This document shows, piece by piece, positions 29,407 through 39,495 of a DNA stretch of 64,000 bases. Source of the DNA: a bacterium (GTDB lineage: Bacteria > UBA10199 > 2-02-FULL-50-16 > JAJFLM01); contig CBDCFN010000015.1 of assembly GCA_965216315.1 (NCBI GenBank), positions 96,001 through 160,000 on the forward strand, read 5' to 3'. The translations under genes were made by a program, and so were the position numbers. The notes beneath the pieces were generated by a model. The model did no database searches. It saw only the letters and a list, made by a program, of their open reading frames with translations, and was not told where the DNA came from. Position 1 is the first letter of the stretch, and every line of letters starts with the position of its first letter.

Positions 29407-30702
29407 TTAACTTAAGACTTCGAAACGAAATTCGGGTAGCGAGAGGTAATACTCACCCTCCTTGCAGGTAAAACCACCTAAATCATCCCCCGGTAATGCA
29501 ATCCCCCACCACTGGTTGCCATTCGCTTCCGGCCATTGCTTCCGATATCTATCCAGGATACCCAATTTGATATTCGACAAGACCTCATACTGATCTCCAT
29601 ACCAATAGCCTTTCATCTTCATGTAGCGAAAGCGGAAGATATACATGGCCAGTCCTAACCATTGAATCTGTGTCTCCTTATCGCGATCAAGCTTAAACGA
29701 GCGCTTACAAGACATTCCCTTCATCTCGTAATCTGTGTCGATGGTTGAAACCGACACGGCCTGGACTTTTCCATCCAATGTTCTTGCCACAATGAAAAAC
29801 GATTCGTTGTTTATTTTTCGCTCAGGCGTCGCACAGCCGTTAAATTCTTCAAGAAGAACACCTTCCAACATGTACTGCGCCTGTTGATAGGTAACGCGTT
29901 CAATGATGACAGGACAAGCTTGCCCCTGTCTTTTTAAGACAAACTTGAGTGCATGATAATCGAGATGCACATGGGCTCCGAATCGGAGTGCCGCTTCAGG
30001 TGTAATTTCCGGCACGGTAAAGGCATCGGGGTCAACGTACGTACGACCTTCATAGGCAGCAATACGTCTATCAAGCCTTTTTCCGCCAGCGATACAGTCG
30101 TTTACTATCGCACACAGCTCGGTACGTGTCGCCCCTCCATGCATTGCCGCCGTTAATAGATCCAACGGATGAAATTTTGGCAAATTCGCACTACACAGAC
30201 ACGATATAAACTGAAAAACCGAAAGACGATCCGATTGAAAGAGCGTCAACAGCTGATTAATCGTCGGGGCGGCCGTCGGATCCATTAGCATGGATTCCAT
30301 CGCCGGTATGAACCTATTCAATTTCACCCGATGGCCCAGATTGCGGGTCTCGCTCTGAAAAAGTCGCAGCATAGCGAGACTCTGATCACTGGTCAGGATT
30401 TCACGTCTTTCTTGCCCTGATGCCGCGCTCAAAATCCGTAGCACCTGTTGGCCCAGATTATCATCACGCCACAGGGCTTGAACGACGGGTGTTGAAGTCA
30501 GTGCCCGCAGTGACGTCAAACTCTGCAGCGGCTCTTGTTCGAGACCGTGTAGATCTTCCAGAACTTGCTCAACGCGCTCCGCACTTTCGATATGAGTGAC
30601 CTGCGCGGAAAGAGCCTGTTGAAAATGCGCTAGCGAAACAATGGAGGCACTTGCGCACAAACTAGCAGAATTCAAAAATAGGCTGGGGGCGGCACTCAGC
30701 AT
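29407..30702 (-). CDS. Hypothetical protein (possible C-terminal GNAT-like fold)
   Basis: 431-aa ORF with Ser/Ala/Leu leader; FFIVARTLDGKVQAVS ... WLGLAMY. Confidence 0.6.
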   Translation of the reverse strand: MLSAAPSLFLNSASLCASASIVSLAHFQQALSAQVTHIESAERVEQVLEDLHGLEQEPLQSLTSLRALTSTPVVQALWRDDNLGQQVLRILSAASGQERREILTSDQSLAMLRLFQSETRNLGHRVKLNRFIPAMESMLMDPTAAPTINQLLTLFQSDRLSVFQFISCLCSANLPKFHPLDLLTAAMHGGATRTELCAIVNDCIAGGKRLDRRIAAYEGRTYVDPDAFTVPEITPEAALRFGAHVHLDYHALKFVLKRQGQACPVIIERVTYQQAQYMLEGVLLEEFNGCATPERKINNESFFIVARTLDGKVQAVSVSTIDTDYEMKGMSCKRSFKLDRDKETQIQWLGLAMYIFRFRYMKMKGYWYGDQYEVLSNIKLGILDRYRKQWPEANGNQWWGIALPGDDLGGFTCKEGEYYLSLPEFRFEVLS

Positions 30703-30707
30703 GAGTT

Positions 30708-30738
30708 CTTATCCCCTATAGATTTCAAATAGTTGTGA
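30708..30738 (-). promoter_or_regulatory. Degenerate copy of the shared promoter motif
   Basis: TCACAAC-N16-GGGATAAG, ending 5 nt before ATG. Confidence 0.4.
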
Positions 30739-30770
30739 TCTGAGCCTTGCGAGAATTTTCGAAAGCGCGC

Positions 30771-33700
30771 TTAAGCCTTCTCGACACGCTTTCCTTTGCC
30801 GTAGTTGGGATCGATCTTATACTGCTTGATCTTGAGATAAATCGTGCGTCGCGCCACTTGAAGCAGTTCCGCCGCCTTCATTTTATTGCCGTGGCACCTA
30901 TCTAAAGCTGCCATGATCAGGCGCTTTTCGATCGGGGCAATCGCCGCTTCGAGGCTCCCGAGGTGGCTGAAGCTGCGCTCTTGTTGGGCGGCCTCGAGGA
31001 TGTGCGGACTCAGCAATGACGGGCCAACCACATCGGCACCCAAGACCATGAGTCGATGCATCTCATTCTGCAACTCACGAATATTTCCCGGCCAGGGATA
31101 ATCCATTAACGCGCGTATCGCTCCTTTACTAAGCCGAAGCTTACGTTTGCCAGCTTCTTGGGCCGCTTGTTCTAGAAAATGCTCGGCTAGCAATAGGATA
31201 TCTTCACCGCGCTCGCGCAGCGGTGGCACATTGATTTGAACGACATTCAAGCGATAATAAAGATCCTTACGAAACTCCTGCCGGGCCACCATGGCCTTAA
31301 TATCACGGTGCGATGCCGTGATAATCCGCACGTCGACTTTCTGGTAGTCACGCCCACCCACCCGGCGCACCTCGCCTTCCTGCAATACGCGTAATAACTT
31401 CGCCTGCATGCCCAATGACATGTCACCTACTTCATCGAGAAAAAGGGTACCCCGGTGAGCCATCTGGAAGAGACCGATCTTATTATTATCAGCACCGGTA
31501 AAAGCGCCCTTCACATGTCCGAACAACTCGCTTTCCAGCAGGGTTTCGGCAAGGGCGGCACAGTTTTCCGTTATGAACGGCGCAAAATTGCGGGGACCAT
31601 TGTAATGCAAGGCCTGGGCAATCAGTTCCTTTCCGGAACCCGATTCACCGTGAATAAAGACCGGACTATGGGTCTGGGTCACGCGATCCAAGGTCACAAG
31701 AACCTTTTTGAGCGCCGGACTCTTCCCGATGATATTATCATAGCTGTATTTGAGGCGAAGCTCCTCGTGCTCACGCTTCATGCTCTCACGGGCCGCCTCC
31801 AAATGCTGGAGACTTTCGTGTAGATCTTGTTCGAGGCGTGCATTGAGGCTCTCAATCGTTACCTTGGAACGCTCCAGTTCTTCGATCTTCCTTTCGTTAT
31901 CGCGGTGCAGACGCGTGTGCTCAAGAATCAATGATGCTTGATCCGCCAAAGACTCAATCATCTGTAAATGTTCGGACTTCAAGACACCGGGGCGGAAGCG
32001 GTTGTCGAGATAAATCAAGCCCACCGTGCGACGTCCTGTCAGTAACGGCGTGCACAGCACTGAACGAATTTCAAGGGCGTGCACCGACTGAGACTCCGCA
32101 AAACGCTCATCGGTTTGCGCGTCCAAGCTCACAATCGTCTTTCCAGTCCGCATCACTTCCTTGGCAATTGTGCGCGAAATTTCCTCTTCATCGCGATCCA
32201 AATCCTGACTGTCGAAATTACGCGCTGCCCTGATATCCAAATCCTGCCGATCGGACAGAATCACAAAACCACGCTCGGCATCCGTCAGATGAATCGCCGC
32301 ATCTAGGACCTCCTCTAGGAGCTGATCCACATCGTGCATCATTAACAAGCGGCGATTGATATCACTGCTTTCGATAAACGATGTCGCATCCATTGATTGT
32401 GACACGTTTTCCTTTTTTTCCGCTGGACCGAGCGCTGCTAAGGCCTGACGAATCTTTTCCTTTTTGCGATCCCGCATAAAGCTTTGCTGAAATGACTCCG
32501 GCACACTGGCCTTCAATTCATCAATGACTTGGAGGGCCTTGTTGTATGACCTTTTGGCGGCGAGCGTTTTTCCGCTGAGTTGAGCAAGCTCCCCTTCGTC
32601 ACTTAAAATCTGCCACAGATTATTTTTGGCCTGTCGTTCCAGGGCATCTTTTTTAAGCGCGGCCAACCATGCCGCAACGGGATAATCGGCATACTTCTCC
32701 TGCGCAATTCGGAATTTGGCCTCGAACCAATTGGCCTGTAATTCATAGGACTCCTGCCCGGTACTCGTGACATAATCGCGCAAAATCCCTAATACCTCCT
32801 CGCACGTATTGAGATCCTTTAGTTCCAGCGCGCGATACCCTTTAGCGAGTTGAGCCTGAAACATCGCCTGCGATTCACCCAGGTCTTTAGCAAAAGTGAG
32901 AGCTTGTTCAATATACTTGGCAACACGTTCCTCATTGCCCTTGCCCTGCTCTCCAACTGTCAACAAGAAGAGATTATAGGCGATCAGTGATTGGAGTCCG
33001 TGTTCCTGCGATAAGGCGAGGGATTCTTCGAGCGCTTCCTCCGCCTGACTGAGGCGACCAAAGTAAAAATAAAGATTGCCCAAATTACTCAGAATCGAAG
33101 CCAACGAACTCGGATTATCTAAGGCACGCGCCAGTTCAAGAGCCTGGATAAAGAGCTCATACGCACGGTCCCAACGGCCTTGTTCCTGCTGCAGCGTCGC
33201 CGCATTGATCAGAAGACTTAATTGATGATCTTGCCGTTCGCTTTCTGCCGCATAGGCCGCAGCCTTTTCAAAACTGGCCGCCGCTTCGACCGGCTTACTA
33301 AGCGCCTGCAAGACGAGAGCACGGTAATTTTCAAAACGCGTGCGCTGGACGAGCGTCGCTTGTTCTATCTCGTTGGCTGGAACAGATTCAATATTTTGAG
33401 TCGCCGTATCTAAGGCCCCTTCACGATAGGCTAATTGCACGGCAAGTATTACGTGTTCAAATGAGCGTTCACCACCTAAGGCGGGATGAGCCGCCATTTC
33501 AGCAAGAAAGGCATGGGCTTCGGGATATCGCCCCTGCTCGATCAAGACGTGACCCATCGCCGCATAAAACGCTTCGACGACGCCTTGCTCCGTTTCCGTT
33601 TTAAAGCGCGAGAGCTGCGATTCAGCAAACCGCTGGGCTTCATGACGATCTCCACTCCGTACCAGCGCCAATAACTCATCGACGACTTCCTGAGCGCTCT

Positions 33701-34634
33701 GCTTGCCTTGGGCACGGCTGCGAACACGTTGCTTTTTCGGGGCGCGTGTTTTTGAAACTGAACTCACCGCCTTTTCAGCACTCAGGGCAAAATTTTCTCT
33801 TTCTTCTGCATTGAGAAGTTCGATAATGGCTCGTGCCTTCGCGAGGCGCCGCTTTGGGTCCTTTTCGACCAGGCGTTCAATAATTTTGATAATTCCAACC
33901 GGAACTTCATCGCTGGCGCGCAGGGGAGTAAGGTCGATGTCCTGCTGACGCAGGGCCTCAAGATACATCGCAAAGCTTTGCCCGCGTTTGACGGGCAACC
34001 GCCCTAAGGCCATTTCATAGAGCACAACTCCAAACGAATAAAGATCCGCACGCTGATCATAGTCTTGCTGTGCCAATACTTCCGGCGCCATATAGGCCAA
34101 TGTACCGGCCGTCTCTTTAACCTGATCCTTATTTTTCGCGGCAACAGCCAAGCCGAAATCGATGATCTTCAAACGAAGTCGTTCGAGCGTTTGAGACGCA
34201 TCCGCATCATGGACCATGCCAACGAGCATATTGTCGGGCTTGAGATCGCGATGAATGATTTTGTTAGTGTGTAAATAATCAAGGGCCCAACAGGCCTGGA
34301 CGATCAATTGAAAGACCGCGTTCCAATCTTTTTTTTGGCATGCACTGACAAAGTCCTCTCCCTCGACATACTCCGAGGTATAGTAGAGTTCTTTACCATC
34401 ATTAGAATAATCAAGGAGCCGCGCTAAATGCGGGTGCGAAAGTTTTTTAAGAAGCGCGCATTCCGACTTAAAGGCCTTGACGAGAGTCGGTGTGGCCTTG
34501 GCGCCAAGCAAGCGTTTGAGGACCTTGAGTTGATGACCTTCTTCTCTATCCCGCACGAGATAAGTCGTACCGCCTGCACCGGACCCGAGTTCCCGCTCGA
34601 TCTCATAACATCCTGCTAATACAGCCGATTTCAC
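30771..34634 (-). CDS. Ser/Thr kinase-TPR-GAF-sigma54 enhancer-binding protein with Fis HTH
   Basis: HRDLKPDN, DFG, GTLAYMAPE; TPRs; GAF; GESGSGKE, GAFTGA, FLDEVG, WPGNIRELQN; GNKMKAAELL. Confidence 0.93.
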   Translation of the reverse strand: MKSAVLAGCYEIERELGSGAGGTTYLVRDREEGHQLKVLKRLLGAKATPTLVKAFKSECALLKKLSHPHLARLLDYSNDGKELYYTSEYVEGEDFVSACQKKDWNAVFQLIVQACWALDYLHTNKIIHRDLKPDNMLVGMVHDADASQTLERLRLKIIDFGLAVAAKNKDQVKETAGTLAYMAPEVLAQQDYDQRADLYSFGVVLYEMALGRLPVKRGQSFAMYLEALRQQDIDLTPLRASDEVPVGIIKIIERLVEKDPKRRLAKARAIIELLNAEERENFALSAEKAVSSVSKTRAPKKQRVRSRAQGKQSAQEVVDELLALVRSGDRHEAQRFAESQLSRFKTETEQGVVEAFYAAMGHVLIEQGRYPEAHAFLAEMAAHPALGGERSFEHVILAVQLAYREGALDTATQNIESVPANEIEQATLVQRTRFENYRALVLQALSKPVEAAASFEKAAAYAAESERQDHQLSLLINAATLQQEQGRWDRAYELFIQALELARALDNPSSLASILSNLGNLYFYFGRLSQAEEALEESLALSQEHGLQSLIAYNLFLLTVGEQGKGNEERVAKYIEQALTFAKDLGESQAMFQAQLAKGYRALELKDLNTCEEVLGILRDYVTSTGQESYELQANWFEAKFRIAQEKYADYPVAAWLAALKKDALERQAKNNLWQILSDEGELAQLSGKTLAAKRSYNKALQVIDELKASVPESFQQSFMRDRKKEKIRQALAALGPAEKKENVSQSMDATSFIESSDINRRLLMMHDVDQLLEEVLDAAIHLTDAERGFVILSDRQDLDIRAARNFDSQDLDRDEEEISRTIAKEVMRTGKTIVSLDAQTDERFAESQSVHALEIRSVLCTPLLTGRRTVGLIYLDNRFRPGVLKSEHLQMIESLADQASLILEHTRLHRDNERKIEELERSKVTIESLNARLEQDLHESLQHLEAARESMKREHEELRLKYSYDNIIGKSPALKKVLVTLDRVTQTHSPVFIHGESGSGKELIAQALHYNGPRNFAPFITENCAALAETLLESELFGHVKGAFTGADNNKIGLFQMAHRGTLFLDEVGDMSLGMQAKLLRVLQEGEVRRVGGRDYQKVDVRIITASHRDIKAMVARQEFRKDLYYRLNVVQINVPPLRERGEDILLLAEHFLEQAAQEAGKRKLRLSKGAIRALMDYPWPGNIRELQNEMHRLMVLGADVVGPSLLSPHILEAAQQERSFSHLGSLEAAIAPIEKRLIMAALDRCHGNKMKAAELLQVARRTIYLKIKQYKIDPNYGKGKRVEKA

Positions 34635-34682
34635 GTATTTGAGGATAGCACGGCAGAGGGCTAGTGTATATATTATATACAG

Positions 34683-35372
34683 CTATTGCCTGACAAAACT
34701 AAAGGTGCCGACCGGAACAAGTTCTCCATTCACTACAAACAAGGCATCATCAAAGAGCTTAATCACTTCGGCAGGATCCGTATCCTGATTCGCTGCCGTA
34801 AAAGTCGCGCCGCTGTCAGTTCCTGCATCGTAGACAAAAAGTTCGACTTCTACGGTTTCAATCCAAGTGCCGTCCTCACATAAAGAAAGATCTCGAACGC
34901 CAACAAACCAGTCCGGACTGGGCGCCAGCATAGAAACGAGACTGACAAGCGGGTGATTTGGGCTGATCTCAAAGCTCAGATTCACTGACCCCGGCGACGG
35001 GTTGATCCCTCCACCCGAGAGGGTGGTCCCCGCATTTCCAGAACTGATCAAAGCGCTAATCTCATCGTCCAAAGGACTCTTACTGCCCATTTCAGCCATG
35101 TTTTCGATACCATCGGTAGCCAATTCACCACTGGCCCATAGGGTCACTGCGCTATCGTGAGTCGCGCCGATTAGCCCTGAAAAATGAGGATTCGACGGCA
35201 AGACGTCGTGCGTTTGCTCGCTCCACGTCGCCGTAAATGTCACTTGATAAGTTGCTGTTCCGGTGCAGTCTATCTCACTGGCATCGTTAGAATTGGGTGC
35301 ATTTGTCGTGCAAGCAGAGACGACGGCAAGGCACATGCCCAATGCAAGCAAGAGCTGAATCTTTGCGGACAT
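34683..35372 (-). CDS. Spondin_N domain lipoprotein
   Basis: Lipobox VSAC; YQVTFTATWS, HFSGLIGATH, SMLAPSPDWFVG, YDAGTDSG. Confidence 0.9.
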   Translation of the reverse strand: MSAKIQLLLALGMCLAVVSACTTNAPNSNDASEIDCTGTATYQVTFTATWSEQTHDVLPSNPHFSGLIGATHDSAVTLWASGELATDGIENMAEMGSKSPLDDEISALISSGNAGTTLSGGGINPSPGSVNLSFEISPNHPLVSLVSMLAPSPDWFVGVRDLSLCEDGTWIETVEVELFVYDAGTDSGATFTAANQDTDPAEVIKLFDDALFVVNGELVPVGTFSFVRQ

Positions 35373-35554
35373 ATTGAGAGCTTAATCCTCTTGAGGCTAG
35401 ATGTAAATGACCTCGAAACGGGCACGCCCCGACACATGCAAAGTGTATAATAAGTAGTCGAAAGAGGGCTCCCGACACCAAAATCGCAGCCGGATCCCAA
35501 ACGCGCTAATAATAAATAATCTAATAATATTATATAGTTATGTCTTTTCCTTGC

Positions 35555-35570
35555 TGGCACAAGACTTGCT
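35555..35570 (+). promoter_or_regulatory. Sigma54 (-24/-12) promoter
   Basis: TGGCAC-AAGAC-TTGCT, preceded by an AT-rich tract. Confidence 0.85.
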
Positions 35571-35586
35571 CTCTTGGGGGGTACAA

Positions 35587-35605
35587 TTCAGCACCCAACC
35601 CTACA
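35587..35605 (+). repeat. Direct repeat copy 1 flanking the 35700 gene
   Basis: TTCAGCACCCAACCCTACA, 18/19 identical to 36331-36349. Confidence 0.7.
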
Positions 35606-35699
35606 TGTGGGGCGGCTGGGGACACGGTGTTTCCAGCCGCTCTGCAACCCTTAAAGGGGGGCTTAAATAACGGGATGTCATCAACCAAGGAGAGAGATA

Positions 35700-36320
35700 A
35701 TGCGTACTCACAAAAAAATTCTTAATACCCTTTTCGGACTCATTCTGGCCGCTGTCATTTACCCCCAAGTGGCGAGTGCACAACCAGCCGATGAACCATC
35801 ATCTTGGGAACCCCAGGTGAATGAACTGAAACGGATCGGTCCGATCCCCGTCGAAGATCTCAATGACCAGCAAATAAATAAACTGAAACAACTTCGTGAG
35901 GAACGCCAAGAACTGAAACAGGCAATCAATGACTGGTATGAAGAGATTGAAGGGCGCATTCCTAGTCATGACTTTGGCTTGCGTGAACTCAATGCAGATA
36001 TTGTGGAGATGAATAACAGGATTCGGAGAGCGAGGAAAATTATCAGAGCCATAATCGCAGAAGATGAGATCGAAGCTGAAATTCCTGTTACTGATGAAGA
36101 CGAAACAGAACTGGAAACCGAGATTCTTGAGGAAGCTGATGATATTAGCGAACCCGATCTCGTCTATGTCGATGACGGCCAGGACGACTTTAACGCCGGC
36201 CTTAATTCAGGCGGTTGCACGCTGAGCAGCACGGCCCCCAACGGCACCCCCGGCAGCATGCTCGGCCTCTTGATCTGCGGAGCAATCGCCATTCTACTGA
36301 AAAAGCGGACGAGCGCTTAA
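35700..36320 (+). CDS. Secreted coiled-coil/acidic protein with MYXO-CTERM-like C-terminal sorting signal
   Basis: Signal peptide (ASA-Q), acidic linker, GGCTLS, then TM helix and KKR tail; SD AAGGAG. Confidence 0.75.
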   Translation: MRTHKKILNTLFGLILAAVIYPQVASAQPADEPSSWEPQVNELKRIGPIPVEDLNDQQINKLKQLREERQELKQAINDWYEEIEGRIPSHDFGLRELNADIVEMNNRIRRARKIIRAIIAEDEIEAEIPVTDEDETELETEILEEADDISEPDLVYVDDGQDDFNAGLNSGGCTLSSTAPNGTPGSMLGLLICGAIAILLKKRTSA

Positions 36321-36330
36321 TCAAACCAAC

Positions 36331-36349
36331 TTCAGCACCCAACCATACA
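36331..36349 (+). repeat. Direct repeat copy 2
   Basis: TTCAGCACCCAACCATACA. Confidence 0.7.
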
Positions 36350-36391
36350 CAACGAGGTCGCAAGTCATTCTCTTTACTTGCGGCCTCGTTG
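36350..36391. terminator. Hairpin between convergent genes
   Basis: CAACGAGGTCGCAAGT ... ACTTGCGGCCTCGTTG. Confidence 0.7.
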
Positions 36392-36405
36392 CATTTAAGC
36401 CGGAC

Positions 36406-36825
36406 TCATTCGGTCCGTGCGCGCATGATTACCGCACTGATCTGGCTGGTTTGGACCAAGGCGTCAAAAAATTCACGGCCCTGCAACTGCTCTATGTAGA
36501 TGAGATGGTCGCCGACTTCCTTGAGTTTTCCCGTAATGGACTTACCGGATTTGAGCACGACTTCAATCGTCTTACCCTTGTGCCGATAAAGGTTGTGAGG
36601 AATCGAGTCCGAGCGATTGAACTTGAAGACATCCGTGGGCGCCTTCGCCTCGGCTGGAGCCTTGGCAGTTTCCGCTGGAGTTTCAGGTTTGGCCTCCGGT
36701 GGTGTAGGAAGCTTGGCAGGCGCCTCGGCTGCAGCGGGTGGTGTCTCACTCTGTGCACCAACAATATTTACACTCGCTATCACCGCGAATCCAATGAGAC
36801 TTATGAGAATTGATTTGCGCAACAT
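36406..36825 (-). CDS. Exported hypothetical protein with Pro/Ala linker and Sm/LSm-like C-terminal domain
   Basis: Signal peptide; GKTIEVVLKSGKSITGKLKEVGDHLIYI. Confidence 0.65.
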   Translation of the reverse strand: MLRKSILISLIGFAVIASVNIVGAQSETPPAAAEAPAKLPTPPEAKPETPAETAKAPAEAKAPTDVFKFNRSDSIPHNLYRHKGKTIEVVLKSGKSITGKLKEVGDHLIYIEQLQGREFFDALVQTSQISAVIMRARTE

Positions 36826-36836
36826 AGTTTCTCTCC

Positions 36837-37439
36837 CTACTTGTTCTTGATGATTTCGATTGAGTTAATCTTATCACCAACGGCAATTTTTCCGGCAACA
36901 TCCATCCCTTCGAGGGTCTGACCAAAAACCGTATATTGTCCATCAAGAAAGGGCGTTGCAGCCAGGGTAATATAGAATTGGGATCCACTCGAACGTTGCT
37001 CGGGATTCACTTGGTCCGGCAGACGTGCCCAGGCGAGCGCCCCTTGGATATGCTTATGGGGGCTTCCCTTATGTTCGCCGACAGTCGTATAGCCTGGGCC
37101 GCCACGGCCGGTCCCCTCAGGGTCGCCGCCCTGAATAACAAAACCCGGCTCGACCCGATGAAAAGTCAGGCCATTATAAAATCCGCCTTCGGCCAACTGT
37201 TTGAAGTTAGTCACCGAGATAGGCGCTTCCTTTTCAAAAAGATCGACTTTAATATCACCTTTATCCGTGTGAATGACAGCCTGATAGTTAACACCCGCTT
37301 CGATATCGGGCTTGGTTGGCTCTGAAAATGTCTTTGGCATATTGGCATCCCCTTTGCTTTTTTCCGCATCCTTAGAACTGCAGGCGTTGATACTAAAGCT
37401 TAAAACAATTAATAGAATGAGACCGGCGCTTTTATGCAT
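36837..37439 (-). CDS. Cyclophilin-type peptidyl-prolyl isomerase lipoprotein
   Basis: Lipobox INAC; FHRVEPGFVIQGGDP, GSQFYI, LDGQYTVFG. Confidence 0.95.
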   Translation of the reverse strand: MHKSAGLILLIVLSFSINACSSKDAEKSKGDANMPKTFSEPTKPDIEAGVNYQAVIHTDKGDIKVDLFEKEAPISVTNFKQLAEGGFYNGLTFHRVEPGFVIQGGDPEGTGRGGPGYTTVGEHKGSPHKHIQGALAWARLPDQVNPEQRSSGSQFYITLAATPFLDGQYTVFGQTLEGMDVAGKIAVGDKINSIEIIKNK

Positions 37440-37490
37440 AGAACTCCCCCCTTAGTTGGTCCTAGAGGGTCACACAGCCTTGGTCGGGAG

Positions 37491-38681
37491 TCAAGTTTCG
37501 GAGAGACGCTTATTTCGTTGATGATGGCGATCTAACAGGCAATCCGCCGCGACACGCATCGCAGGCCAGGCGGGCAACGCCCGAACGATCATCCTCGTTG
37601 TATCGATGACATAATCCCCATCGACCTGAACGGGAATTGCAAAAGGCTGCCCTTTTTCATCTGAAAAGAAAATTTCCATGGACTGTCCCTGTAGCAATTG
37701 TAGCTGCAACTCCGCCTCAAGTCTTTCAATGCGATCATCAGGGCCAATTTGCATGGACTTGCCTTTCAAAGCCGCTTTCCCCTTGCCCTGCACCTCACGA
37801 AAAATTTTATACATTTGCCATATTGACCCTAGCGGATAGCCCTTGACCCCAAGACCCTGTATCGGTGTCCCCGGAAAGGCATTGCTGCCATCCGCTAAAG
37901 GCGTGCCATGAAAAAAAACCTCGCGCGATACAAACTGATGATCACCATATTGGCTATGCTTCCAATTGACATGAAAAGGGCGAGACAACACGACATTTTT
38001 TCCACCGATCATTTTGCGCTTGATATGCACCCACTTGCCGTGCCCCGTTCGCGTCGATTTGAACATAGCCGCGATGGTCGTCCCCGCACCCGCATTATGG
38101 GAAAAGATAATCGGTTCATTGATGCCATCCAGTTCAAGCCAACCAAGATTTAATGGCACCGTCGTATGAGAGCGCAGGTAATCAATGCAATCGGATTCAT
38201 TGGCACCGGGCGCCCCTGCCATAACGCTGAGGTCATTGGCACTCCCTAAACGAATCACGCCGACGCGGAGTCCACTGGCCGCCATTCGAGCCGCTACTTC
38301 GTCCGCCGACTGTTGAATCATATCTTGTTGGTTTGGAAAAATGTAGAGCAAGAGGCCACGGACTACTTCGTTCATCGTGCCATCTCCACCAAAGGCGATC
38401 ACATCCAAAGGTGTATCGGGACGGAAGGTCTTAAATTGACGAACAGCCGCCGCAACCAAACGAACCGTCTCGAAGGGATCTTCCACGGTCCTCACGGGCG
38501 GGAGCATCCTGAATTCTTGCTGCAAGGCCCGATCGGCCTCCATGACATTCGTGACATTCTCGGCAATAGTTGGGGCATTGCCGCTCCCGGCGACCGGATT
38601 CACAACGGGCAAAATATAATGAGGAGCCGCCGCCAAAACAGGCGCCAGCGAAGCTGCTGAAAGGGACCCTAAGACCACCAT
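37491..38681 (-). CDS. Diacylglycerol/lipid kinase family protein with N-terminal leader
   Basis: VNPVAGSG, GGDGTMNEVVRGL, GSANDL, QVDGD. Confidence 0.8.
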   Translation of the reverse strand: MVVLGSLSAASLAPVLAAAPHYILPVVNPVAGSGNAPTIAENVTNVMEADRALQQEFRMLPPVRTVEDPFETVRLVAAAVRQFKTFRPDTPLDVIAFGGDGTMNEVVRGLLLYIFPNQQDMIQQSADEVAARMAASGLRVGVIRLGSANDLSVMAGAPGANESDCIDYLRSHTTVPLNLGWLELDGINEPIIFSHNAGAGTTIAAMFKSTRTGHGKWVHIKRKMIGGKNVVLSRPFHVNWKHSQYGDHQFVSREVFFHGTPLADGSNAFPGTPIQGLGVKGYPLGSIWQMYKIFREVQGKGKAALKGKSMQIGPDDRIERLEAELQLQLLQGQSMEIFFSDEKGQPFAIPVQVDGDYVIDTTRMIVRALPAWPAMRVAADCLLDRHHQRNKRLSET

Positions 38682-38691
38682 ACCGAAGAGG

Positions 38692-38719
38692 TCTTCGGGA
38701 TGATGACAAGAAAGTTGCT
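38692..38719 (-). promoter_or_regulatory. Shared alternative-sigma-like promoter motif (lipid kinase)
   Basis: AGCAACTTT-CTTGTCATCATC-CCGAAGA. Confidence 0.6.
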
Positions 38720-38736
38720 TAAAATATAAGCACTTA

Positions 38737-39495
38737 CTAAAGACGGACGGGAACCTGATTTCTCTTAAGATATCGCTTCACTTGGCCGACCGTGAGTTCT
38801 CCAAAATGGAAAATCGAGGCTGCCAAGGCAGCATCCGCCCGACCCTTGGTGAGGCCCTCATGGATGTGAGCTTGGTTGCCCACGCCCCCCGAGGCGATGA
38901 CTGGAACTTCGACGGCCTCAGCGATCGCACGGGTTAACTGGAGATCATAGCCGATCTTGGTCCCATCGCGGTCCATGCTGGTTAAGAGTATTTCGCCGGC
39001 GCCATAACGCACCATTTTTTGTGCCCATTTGACTGCATCGATGCCGGTCGGCGTGCGACCGCCATGAATATAGACCTCCCACTTGCCGGGCTTGACTCTT
39101 TTGGCATCAATGGCGACGACGATGCACTGACTGCCGAACCGCTTGGAGGCACGCTTTACCAAATCCGGATCCTTGACCGCCGCGGTATTCATCGCGCACT
39201 TGTCTGCTCCGGCCTTCAGCAACATACGCACATCTTGAATACTGCGAACACCGCCCCCAACGGTTAACGGCATAAAAACTGTTTCCGCGGTCTTGCGGAC
39301 AACATCCAAAATGATCGGGCGCCTTTCATGACTTGCCGTGATGTCGAGAAAAACCAATTCATCCGCCTTTTGCCGATCGTATTCCTTTGCCACCGCCACC
39401 GGATCCCCCGCATCCCGCAAATTGACAAACTTAGTGCCTTTGACAACGCGACCATCTTTCACATCAAGGCAAGGTATTATTCGCTTTGTCAGCAT
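38737..39495 (-). CDS. hisF: Imidazole glycerol phosphate synthase cyclase subunit
   Basis: [35 protein letters not shown]. Confidence 0.98.
   Translation of the reverse strand: MLTKRIIPCLDVKDGRVVKGTKFVNLRDAGDPVAVAKEYDRQKADELVFLDITASHERRPIILDVVRKTAETVFMPLTVGGGVRSIQDVRMLLKAGADKCAMNTAAVKDPDLVKRASKRFGSQCIVVAIDAKRVKPGKWEVYIHGGRTPTGIDAVKWAQKMVRYGAGEILLTSMDRDGTKIGYDLQLTRAIAEAVEVPVIASGGVGNQAHIHEGLTKGRADAALAASIFHFGELTVGQVKRYLKRNQVPVRL

Noticed and set aside
34683..35372. Spondin domain as recent eukaryotic gene transfer
   Set aside because: Bacterial Spondin_N proteins are already known and widespread; nothing here indicates recent transfer
35587..36349. CRISPR array from the TTCAGCACCCAACC repeats
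   Set aside because: Only two copies, 744 bp apart, and no cas genes
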